Of a stretch of 64,000 nt of DNA, positions 9,263-17,160 are shown piece by piece. How positions within the stretch are numbered: the stretch's first letter is position 1; each line of letters starts with the position of its first letter. A program made the translations under genes and the position numbers. Source of the DNA: an uncultured virus (IMG/VR IMGVR_UViG_3300025534_000009) (lineage: Duplodnaviria; Heunggongvirae; Uroviricota; Caudoviricetes); IMG/VR virus record IMGVR_UViG_3300025534_000009. One strand, 5' to 3'. Under the pieces are notes generated by a model. The model ran no database searches and was not told the DNA's origin. It saw only the letters and a list, made by a program, of their open reading frames with translations.

Positions 9263-9586
9263 ATGAGCGATAATGCGCTCGCGAACGCGTTGGTTCATGT
9301 CAATAAACAGAAGGAAATGGAAAAAGAAATTAGGGAGTTGCGTCTGGAGAATCATGAACTAGGCGTCGCTCTGGCGCTCGAACAGGCGGCAAATGCCGGA
9401 TACAAGGCGACAATTACGGCTTTCAGGCGTTATCACCCTGAATCTCCACTTCTGGAATACTCCGGATATCGTTTCAAGAACGGCTCTCCGAAGACCGTCG
9501 AACGTCTCATCTACGAGAACGCCTTCGATCGGTTCCTGAAAATCCACATCGGTTTCAAGAATCCAAAGGACTATCGTCAGGACTAG
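9263..9586 (+). CDS. Hypothetical protein between the halves of the second intein; paralog of 33558-33752
   Basis: G-rich RBS; shared FRR.HP.SP.L..SG.RF..G.PK motif. Confidence 0.75.
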   Translation: MSDNALANALVHVNKQKEMEKEIRELRLENHELGVALALEQAANAGYKATITAFRRYHPESPLLEYSGYRFKNGSPKTVERLIYENAFDRFLKIHIGFKNPKDYRQD

Positions 9587-9667
9587 ACGGTATTCCAGCC
9601 GTTCGAGCGATGAAATGTTCTGGCCTCGTGTGCGTGCCGATCTACGAGGAAGCTAATAAATTGCTAT

Positions 9668-11083
9668 ATGAAACAAAGCGTTGCACTAAACGATCGGTAC
9701 GAGATTCTTACTCCGAACGGCTGGGAGGACTTTCGGGGAGTGATCAGGAACGAGGTTCCCCGACCCGGAGTTGAAATCAGGACAGCGACGCGAACCATCA
9801 GGGCGACCCAGGACCACCGCTTCTTCATTGATGGGGAGGAGGTACGCGCCGCCGAACTATTTGTAGGTCAGCTGATTGACACCGTCAGTGGCAAGGAGGA
9901 GATCGTTTCCATAACGAATATATCGCTCGATGAAACGTTCGATATTATTGAAACAGCATCGCACAGTGTTTATACGTCTGGTATAGTAACACATCAATGT
10001 GACGAGCTTTCGTTCGTTAGCCCATCAATACAAAAGGACTTCTGGACATCAGTGCAACCGGTTCTTTCAACCGGTGGTAGCTGTATTGTAACGTCAACTC
10101 CGAAGTCGGACGTGGACCAGTTTGCCAAAATCTGGAAGGACGCGAACGACAAGACTGACGAGTACGGCAATCCGACTGGCTCGAAGGTCGGCAAGAACGG
10201 GTTCTATCCGTTCAAGGCGCCGTGGTGGTTGCATCCGGAGCGAGACGAGGAGTGGGCCAAGCCGTTCAGAGCGAGCCTTGGAGAGGCCCTTTTCCGGCAG
10301 GAGTTCTGCTGCGAGTTCATCACGGACGACCAGACCCTGATCAATCCGATGCTTCTTGCGAACATGAAGGCAAAGGAGCCGGAGTTCTATACGGGCACGG
10401 TCCGATGGTTCAAGGAGCCGGAGCCGAACAAGGTCTATTTGGTCGCCCTCGATCCGTCGCTTGGCACGGGAGGCGATCCGGCTGCGATCGAGGTCTTCGA
10501 ACTTCCGGGCATGACGCAGGTAGCGGAGTGGCAGCACAATCTGACGCCCACGCGCGGGCAAGTGAAGGTTCTGCTACAGATACTGCTCTTCATCGATGAC
10601 GCGCTCCGCAATCACCCGGACCAGTCTGGCGAGCCGGAAATCTATTGGACGGTAGAGAACAACACGCTCGGCGACGGAGTCCTGCAAATCATCGAAGACA
10701 CCGGAGAGGACAAGTTCCCCGGCATGTTGATCTCCGAGCGGAAGAAGAAGGGGCAGACGCGCCGCTTCCGCAAGGGACTGAACACTGATCACCGAAAGAA
10801 GCTAGCGGCGTGCGCGAAGTTCAAGTCCCTCGTGGAGACGCAGCGAATGGTCCTTAACTCCCTGACGCTGATCAATCAACTGAAGGTATTCGTCGGTACC
10901 GAGGGCGGCACGAAGTTCGCGGCCAAGCCAGGAGAGCACGATGACCTGGTCATGGCGACACTGCTTTGCGTCCGCATGCTTGATACGGTCATCGCCTGGG
11001 GCGTGAACGTCGGCAACGTATCGGAGACGATCAGCGACGAGGAGCTGATGGAAGAACAAGAGCCGATGCCCGTCATAGTGTGA
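9668..11083 (+). CDS. terL: Terminase large subunit fragment 3: IntC2 (110 aa, ends His-Gln) + 361-aa C-extein including the RNase H-like nuclease
   Basis: EILTPNGW, ATQDH, GIVTHQ/CDELSF; STP coupling motif, FRQEF.CEF, ALDPS.G.G.D, VENN, HDDLVMA. Confidence 0.93.
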   Translation: MKQSVALNDRYEILTPNGWEDFRGVIRNEVPRPGVEIRTATRTIRATQDHRFFIDGEEVRAAELFVGQLIDTVSGKEEIVSITNISLDETFDIIETASHSVYTSGIVTHQCDELSFVSPSIQKDFWTSVQPVLSTGGSCIVTSTPKSDVDQFAKIWKDANDKTDEYGNPTGSKVGKNGFYPFKAPWWLHPERDEEWAKPFRASLGEALFRQEFCCEFITDDQTLINPMLLANMKAKEPEFYTGTVRWFKEPEPNKVYLVALDPSLGTGGDPAAIEVFELPGMTQVAEWQHNLTPTRGQVKVLLQILLFIDDALRNHPDQSGEPEIYWTVENNTLGDGVLQIIEDTGEDKFPGMLISERKKKGQTRRFRKGLNTDHRKKLAACAKFKSLVETQRMVLNSLTLINQLKVFVGTEGGTKFAAKPGEHDDLVMATLLCVRMLDTVIAWGVNVGNVSETISDEELMEEQEPMPVIV

Positions 11084-11132
11084 TGGTGCGTGAGCATCGC
11101 GAAACGCCTGACACATTCTCTGGTGGAACGTG

Positions 11133-11759
11133 TCAGGCATTTCCGACGACGTTGATGGCAGGGTCTTCGTCGATCTCCACGTTCCGGATGGAGATCGTTG
11201 CCAGGATCGGGAGGAGCTTTCGGATCGTCTTCCCGTCGAGCTGGAAGAGGCGGTCAAGGGCACTGCTGTCGGGGATGATCCGCGACACGCCTTCCTGCTT
11301 GAGGAAGAAGTCCTTCGGGACACCGGGCACCCTGCGCAGCTTGCGGTTGACCTTTTCGAGAAGCTGGGTGTCGTCCTTGTAGGCGGGGTTGATCACGTAC
11401 GTCTCCGGACGGTCGGTCACGGTAACGGTCGGGATACCAGCCTGGGCAAGGGTCTCGATTTCTGACGCGGCGAGGGGACGGGTCTTTGCACGTGCGGCAA
11501 GATCGCAGGAACCGGTAGCATTCTCCTCCTGAATTCGGAAGTTGGCCGGGCGTGCCTTTGCCTTCCGACCGGCGTTGATGAACTCGATCTCGGCGGCCGA
11601 CTTGAGGTCGGCCTCGATGGCGTCATGGATCGCTTCGAGCTGCGCGATGGCCCTGCGGATTTCCGCAAGCTTCTTGAGCCCCTGCATCTCGACGTAGCGA
11701 GGCTCACACTTTCTGGACTTGCGGGCCGGTGCCGGGATGACAGGAGCGGTGTTGAACAT
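11133..11759 (-). CDS. Hypothetical protein
   Basis: 208-aa ORF with GAGG RBS and strong codon bias. Confidence 0.7.
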   Translation of the reverse strand: MFNTAPVIPAPARKSRKCEPRYVEMQGLKKLAEIRRAIAQLEAIHDAIEADLKSAAEIEFINAGRKAKARPANFRIQEENATGSCDLAARAKTRPLAASEIETLAQAGIPTVTVTDRPETYVINPAYKDDTQLLEKVNRKLRRVPGVPKDFFLKQEGVSRIIPDSSALDRLFQLDGKTIRKLLPILATISIRNVEIDEDPAINVVGNA

Positions 11760-12131
11760 CGAATGCCTCGTGGAATTTCGTGAAACGAAAATATGTCGTG
11801 TATTATATGAGGGGAGCGAAGTCTGTCAACATACGATACGGAGTAATCGCGCGTCATATAACCGTACGGATGCCCGGCGTCACGTATCCATGAAGACGCT
11901 GACAGATATAGGCATTTGATCGGCTACGGACGCAGAAGCGAATACGATATATGTGCGCCCGAGTTCTCCCGGCGGGATGGGGAGATGTGGTTCACAGAGG
12001 GCCGCGTTTCAAGAGGGAACTTTGATCGCAGGATTCTATGTGGAGTTTGCAAATCGTCAAACAAAAATCTCTTGCGACAGCAACGGGCCGTTTGCTATAT
12101 GGGCGCCATTGTGATTTTATCGGAGGCTTTC

Positions 12132-12344
12132 ATGGCAATGTATCGTTCGGCGGATAGTAATAGCTATGTTGTTGAGATTGCCCACACGATCAATCCCCAT
12201 GTTATCGAGAGCTGGCTTGATGAAGGCCGCGTGAATTGTAATAGAACGTACAACACGAATGGCGTTAAGCTTTCCGGGATGGTCCACCGATTTGAGTTTG
12301 AAGACGCTGCCGAGGCGTGCCATTTCCATATGCGCTGGGGCTAA
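12132..12344 (+). CDS. Small phage protein of the 'F.FED..EA..F.M.W' family
   Basis: GGAGG RBS; C-terminus FEFEDAAEACHFHMRWG. Confidence 0.6.
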   Translation: MAMYRSADSNSYVVEIAHTINPHVIESWLDEGRVNCNRTYNTNGVKLSGMVHRFEFEDAAEACHFHMRWG

Positions 12345-12347
12345 TTC

Positions 12348-13151
12348 ATGGCGCTAATCAATTGGGTCTTTCAGGAAGAATTGCTTGACGGGGATGCCTT
12401 CGAAGGGCTGTGGCGGGCCGCGCGATTTCTCGGTCATGGCACTGAAGCAATTTCCCGAGGCGCAATCGAGCATGTCGAGGCTCCCTTTCCGAAGGGAAGC
12501 TGCGTTATTACGATGGGGTCCCATCTTTTCCTGACGGAATTCAATTTTCGTTTCCGCACTTACTATCATCCGTGGTTCTTTGGCCGCCTTGAGAATTTCC
12601 GATACCCGGTCTACGCCGACCATTTGAACGAACTGATTTTCTATAATGAATACAAAATTCTTCCTCTCCGGGAGGTCGCGGATCATTTCAGTGAACTGGT
12701 CTTCATTCGCCCTATCGAAACGAACAAGTCTTTCGACGGACATATCACGACCATTGAAGGGGTGATGTTATTGAATCGGATGTATTCCGTCCCATTGGAC
12801 GAGTTGGTTATCTGTGCCCATCCGAAAAAGTTCAGACGGAGTTTTCGTTTCGTGATTGCCGATCGCGACATTGTGGCCTGTTCAGCATTTAGCAGAACGG
12901 TGGCGCCGGATGAGTATGTATGCGCTCGTGAAGTTGCCAAAGCGGTTGCATCGCTCGATTGGCAGCCAGACATTGTCTTTTGCTGCGATGTTGTCACTTA
13001 TCGACCCAGTTATATGCTTGAAAGCAAGGTTCTTGAGCTGAATCCATTTTCGAGTGCGGACCTGTTTTTCACGGACAGCGTTGCTCTGGCGCATGCCGTG
13101 GGACAGGCTGCGTGGAAGGGGCATGTCGGTGGCGATGCTGCCCTTCCTTAG
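12348..13151 (+). CDS. ATP-grasp (R2K/DUF4343-like) domain protein
   Basis: VFIRP....KSF.G, RFVI....V..S, CDV, KVLELNPFSSA.LF. Confidence 0.75.
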   Translation: MALINWVFQEELLDGDAFEGLWRAARFLGHGTEAISRGAIEHVEAPFPKGSCVITMGSHLFLTEFNFRFRTYYHPWFFGRLENFRYPVYADHLNELIFYNEYKILPLREVADHFSELVFIRPIETNKSFDGHITTIEGVMLLNRMYSVPLDELVICAHPKKFRRSFRFVIADRDIVACSAFSRTVAPDEYVCAREVAKAVASLDWQPDIVFCCDVVTYRPSYMLESKVLELNPFSSADLFFTDSVALAHAVGQAAWKGHVGGDAALP

Positions 13152-13344
13152 TCTAGGCGATGGAATGTATCTCTGTGATCCTCCGGCCTATGTCCGCGAA
13201 GATAAATCGCGGGAACAAGGGTTTGTGTGGGAGCTGAGAGAGCGTCTGGGAGAGAATGCCACCTATTTTTCAGACGGGAAGATGGTCGTCATTTTGGGTG
13301 AGGCGGCGTTAGTTGAATATCGGATTCGGTGGGAAGGGTCATAA
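13135..13344 (+). CDS. Small phage protein
   Basis: Overlaps previous stop; C-terminus EAALVEYRIRWEG. Confidence 0.5.
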   Translation: MLPFLSLGDGMYLCDPPAYVREDKSREQGFVWELRERLGENATYFSDGKMVVILGEAALVEYRIRWEGS

Positions 13345-13371
13345 ATAGCTCAAAGAATATTGGAGCTATAG

Positions 13372-14841
13372 ATGACCTATCTTTTCCTCGGGTCCGAAGA
13401 CATCGATTTCGATCGCTTTGACGGTAACGTCTTCATCGAGACTGGTCTGGGCTTCCGTCGCCCCGACTTCTGTCGGTGCAGTGTCGGCGTTGCCGGTGGA
13501 GGCGATCTTCAGAACGCGGCCGTCGCTTCCTTCGCAGCCAGTGACAGCTTCTGGATCGGGGGTCGCGTTCGCCTCGACGGGGGTGCGTCAGGAGGCTCAT
13601 GGAATACCCTTCTTGCCCTCTACTCCGGTTCGTCCCGCAAGGTCGGGCTCCAGGTCTCCGGTGATCGCAAGCTGCGGCTTGTGCGGTGGACCACGAACTC
13701 CGTAGTGCAGCCGCTCGCAACATCGGAAGTGGCCCTTCCGCTTGCACAACTGTTCAAGCTCGATACGAAGATAGATATCGCGGCCGGGAAGGTCCGTGTC
13801 TTCGTCAACCAGTCGGAGGTTCTGTCCTACAGCGACAGCTTTGCCGGTGTCGTCACCTCGCTGTCTGCGCTTCATCTCGCATGCCATTCGGATGTTGCTT
13901 CCGCGCGCACCTATTGGAGCGAGGTCATTGTGGCCGAGCGTGACACGCGCACGCTCATGCTGGCGACCATTGTTCCCACGCACACGGCGGTCAATCAGTG
14001 GGCAGTTGGCGACCACACGTCGATCAACAAGGTCGAGGCGGGAATGGAGGACGCCGACGCCATATCGACAGATCAGTCCGGTCGGACGATCTCATTCCCG
14101 GTCTCGTCGCTTCCGGGAAGCCAAAATCTGTCCATCCAGGCGGTGAAGGTGGGAGCCTACGTTGCTCGTGCCGAAACTGGCCCTCGTGCCATTGCGCTTG
14201 GCATTGAGTCTCCATCGGTTTCCCGTCAGACAGTCTATGGCAATCACCGGTACTGGCGCGTTCGCGGCTCGGGGGCGTTGTCGTTTGGCCTGAGGGACAT
14301 TGAGTTTCGCGAGACGATAGGGGGTGCGAATATCGCCAGTGGCGGTCTGGCCATCGCAAGCTCGGCCGAACCCGGTTACCCGGCATCGAATGCCTTCGAC
14401 GGGAGCGCCACGACGTACTGGACATCGGTGACGGGAGACGCGTCCGACTTTGCCTGGATCGGCTATCGGTTCCCTCAAGATGTCTCCATCAGCCAGGTTG
14501 CATTGACCTCCCACAACGATGGCACGTCCGGTCAGCAGAGCACTTCCGCCACCGTGCCGTCCTATCTCCTTGTCGAGTATTCCGACGACGGTTCGAGCTG
14601 GACGACAGCGTGGGTGGAGGAGAATGTTGCTCCGTTCCGCGCCGGAGAAACGCGAACATTCGAGACGCCGCATCTAGTCGCGGGTACGGCTGTTTATGGG
14701 CAGTCGCGTGAGGTGGGCATGGGCTGGACCAAGGTCTCTGACATCTTCGAGACCAACCCGGTAACCAGTTCCTCCTGGACGAAGGATGACGTGTCCAAGA
14801 TGCGCATCTCGTTGCAGTCCAGACCGTCTGGGGGAGCGTGA
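13372..14841 (+). CDS. Virion fibre/adhesin with concanavalin-like and discoidin (F5/8C) domains
   Basis: RYWRV, ASS.....ASNAFDG...TYW, WIGYRF, VEYSDDGSSW; TAAATA promoter upstream. Confidence 0.75.
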   Translation: MTYLFLGSEDIDFDRFDGNVFIETGLGFRRPDFCRCSVGVAGGGDLQNAAVASFAASDSFWIGGRVRLDGGASGGSWNTLLALYSGSSRKVGLQVSGDRKLRLVRWTTNSVVQPLATSEVALPLAQLFKLDTKIDIAAGKVRVFVNQSEVLSYSDSFAGVVTSLSALHLACHSDVASARTYWSEVIVAERDTRTLMLATIVPTHTAVNQWAVGDHTSINKVEAGMEDADAISTDQSGRTISFPVSSLPGSQNLSIQAVKVGAYVARAETGPRAIALGIESPSVSRQTVYGNHRYWRVRGSGALSFGLRDIEFRETIGGANIASGGLAIASSAEPGYPASNAFDGSATTYWTSVTGDASDFAWIGYRFPQDVSISQVALTSHNDGTSGQQSTSATVPSYLLVEYSDDGSSWTTAWVEENVAPFRAGETRTFETPHLVAGTAVYGQSREVGMGWTKVSDIFETNPVTSSSWTKDDVSKMRISLQSRPSGGA

Positions 14842-15947
14842 TGGCGTCCTATCGGTTCTGGCGTCTCTATTTCCCCCAGAACGGCGACGCTCAGCTCGGC
14901 CGCATCGGCCTGACGACGGTCGAGATGGCCGAGCAGATCGATGGCCCGAGCGTGTGTCGCTGGGGCATTCCCTATGCCAGCTCGGAGGAACTTAATTTCG
15001 GCGCGGCGTTTGCCTTTGACGATGATATTTCGACGGCGTGGCGGACGTATTCAAGCGGTTCGCACTGGATTGTCTATGATTTCAACGAAGATCGGGACAT
15101 CGTTGTGGTTCGTCTGAGGGCCTACTCACCTGAGGAGGCGCCGACCGAATTCCTGATCCAGGGGAGCGACAACGCCATCAACTGGGTCACGACGAACCAT
15201 TACAGTATACGTCCTGCCTCGGATAGCCTGACGACCTATTTCGCCCAACCCGGCCGGAGCGGTCCTGGTTTTCGTTTCTGGCGGGTTCGTTCGCTTGGTA
15301 CGGCCTCCGGCAGGACGACCATTGCCGATGTTGGCTTCAGGGTCGGTGGCAACGATCTTCAGGTTGTGCGACCAATCAGTTCGACCACGGTGGCAGGACG
15401 ACCAGAGAATGCCTTCGATTTAGACGCGACCAGCACCTGGTCGGGACAGGGAGCCAATGCGTGGGTTGGTGCCGAGTTTCCCGAGAACATCGACGTGCGC
15501 GAGGTTCGCATCGCGGCGCCGACCAATCCGGGAATGCTTGCTGATTTCCCGCAGGCTATAGCGATTGATGGGGCATGGGAGTATGGCACGTGGGTCAACG
15601 TCGCCGAATTGACCTATGCGCCTTTCACGGCCGGTGAGGAGCGTCTGTTCGCGATCTCCCAGATCGCCCCCTCGGTGCTGGCAAAGAAGGTGACCGGCTC
15701 GGTTGCGCTTGATGCGATCCCGGACGGATCATTGTCCGTGACTGCGGTTGGTGGCTCGGCCGTACTTGAAGAGAAGCGCTATGGCGTCCTGAAGGCACTT
15801 GGGCACGTTGTCGTCCGGGCCGGGCAGTATGGGGTGAACAAGGTCGTCGCCCATGTCGTCCTGTCCGAACGTGACTCTCCCGGCCTCTTCGTCCGCAACA
15901 CGGTGGTAAGAAACGCCATTTTGCGCGCCGTGTCATTCCGGAGCTGA
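14838..15947 (+). CDS. Virion protein with two discoidin-like domains
   Basis: Two RFWR...AFD....W...W....F units. Confidence 0.75.
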   Translation: MMASYRFWRLYFPQNGDAQLGRIGLTTVEMAEQIDGPSVCRWGIPYASSEELNFGAAFAFDDDISTAWRTYSSGSHWIVYDFNEDRDIVVVRLRAYSPEEAPTEFLIQGSDNAINWVTTNHYSIRPASDSLTTYFAQPGRSGPGFRFWRVRSLGTASGRTTIADVGFRVGGNDLQVVRPISSTTVAGRPENAFDLDATSTWSGQGANAWVGAEFPENIDVREVRIAAPTNPGMLADFPQAIAIDGAWEYGTWVNVAELTYAPFTAGEERLFAISQIAPSVLAKKVTGSVALDAIPDGSLSVTAVGGSAVLEEKRYGVLKALGHVVVRAGQYGVNKVVAHVVLSERDSPGLFVRNTVVRNAILRAVSFRS

Positions 15948-15976
15948 GCAGAACGATCGCGCCTCTCTGACCCTCC

Positions 15977-16445
15977 TCATGGATCGGTAAACATGTCGCA
16001 CCTACCTGGGAGAACAACCACCCCGGCGAAACCGGTGATAGTGTAAATCCCCGTCGTCATTAGAAGGGCAGCAGCTCCGCTCTTGATATCGACGACCATT
16101 TCGATTTCGAGGCCCGGCGCGAGGTGCTTGATTTGGCGGATGGCGCCCAGCCACAGGCTGGTTCATCGGATTTCTGGACGTGGTCTCCGATGACGGTGAT
16201 CTGTCCCGGTTGCTGGGCGTTCTTGAATATCATGACCGAGTTTTCTTCGGCCTCAATGCAGTCGTCGCCGAAGCAAAGCTCACCGGGAGCGTAACCCATA
16301 TAGGAGACACTGTCGATCTTAGGCCCCTTGTAGATGGACGAAAGATCGCCGGGCTGAAAAAGCATTGGATGTCAGGTGCATCCGCCAAAGCCGGGGTGAC
16401 AAGAAAAGCGGCTGCCAACGCCCCGAAGATGAGCTTGGAATTCAT
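15977..16445 (-). pseudogene. Frameshifted secreted protein
   Basis: Signal peptide MNSKLIFGALAAAFLVTPALA; protein-like text continues in other frames after the A5 run (~16357-16361) and near 16150. Confidence 0.5.
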
Positions 16446-16465
16446 CTTCCCCGCCCCCTATTCGG

Positions 16466-16870
16466 CTACTTCTTGAAGCCAAATTCCTCGCAGTCGATTT
16501 TCAGGGTCTTGCGATAGAATTTTCCGCTGGGAAGCCGAATGTTGACACGTATGTTTACGGTTTCGTCCACAATCCAATAACCGCGAGATTTCGAGATTGT
16601 TCCATCAACGAGAAAGTCGCCTGCCTTTTTGAGGCCCTTTACAAGTCCAAGTCTGAAGTATTCCAGGGCCTGATGATCTGGAACGTCACTTACGTCGTCA
16701 AACCGCTCTCGAAGTATCTCGATGACTTCTTCCAGGTCTTCGCTCGGCCTATGTGAGTGGTCAATTTCAACATCGAACGTTCTGGAGATTTTCCCAACCA
16801 CTTTCCTCAGAGTCTTGGAAGACGCCTCGGCTTTAATTTTTTCCAGCCGCATTCCGTGTTGCCTCGCCAA
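16466..16870 (-). CDS. Hypothetical protein
   Basis: 134-aa ORF. Confidence 0.55.
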   Translation of the reverse strand: MARQHGMRLEKIKAEASSKTLRKVVGKISRTFDVEIDHSHRPSEDLEEVIEILRERFDDVSDVPDHQALEYFRLGLVKGLKKAGDFLVDGTISKSRGYWIVDETVNIRVNIRLPSGKFYRKTLKIDCEEFGFKK

Positions 16871-17160
16871 TAGATTGTCAACGCCAACGCAAACACAACA
16901 TGGACGCTATCATGCAATGAAAGCCCCCTGCAATTGGTATCCAAGGTCGGGATGCGCGTCAAACTGGTATTAAGCCCAAGCCGGTTCAGACCGGGTGCCT
17001 CACAACCCCGGCGTAGGGCCGGTCAGGAAAAAAGGCTTGGTAAACTTCGATATTGGTCGCGCATCATCAACATACCAGTTAGAAGAAGCCGGTCTTTAAC
17101 AAAACACATAAATTACGTTCAATTATAAATATTTCGGGCACCAAGAAAGCAGGAAATAAC

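Noticed and set aside
6020..11083. terL as a pseudogene or interrupted by group I/II introns
   Set aside because: Breaks are bounded by in-frame intein blocks, with nucleophile residues placed to restore both Walker motifs. Each piece has its own start and promoter-like motif, and I saw no intron core or reverse transcriptase.
11770..11960. AT-richer intergenic stretch with ATACGATA motifs as a replication origin
   Set aside because: Only short imperfect repeats and no iterons or adjacent rep gene; more likely divergent promoters.
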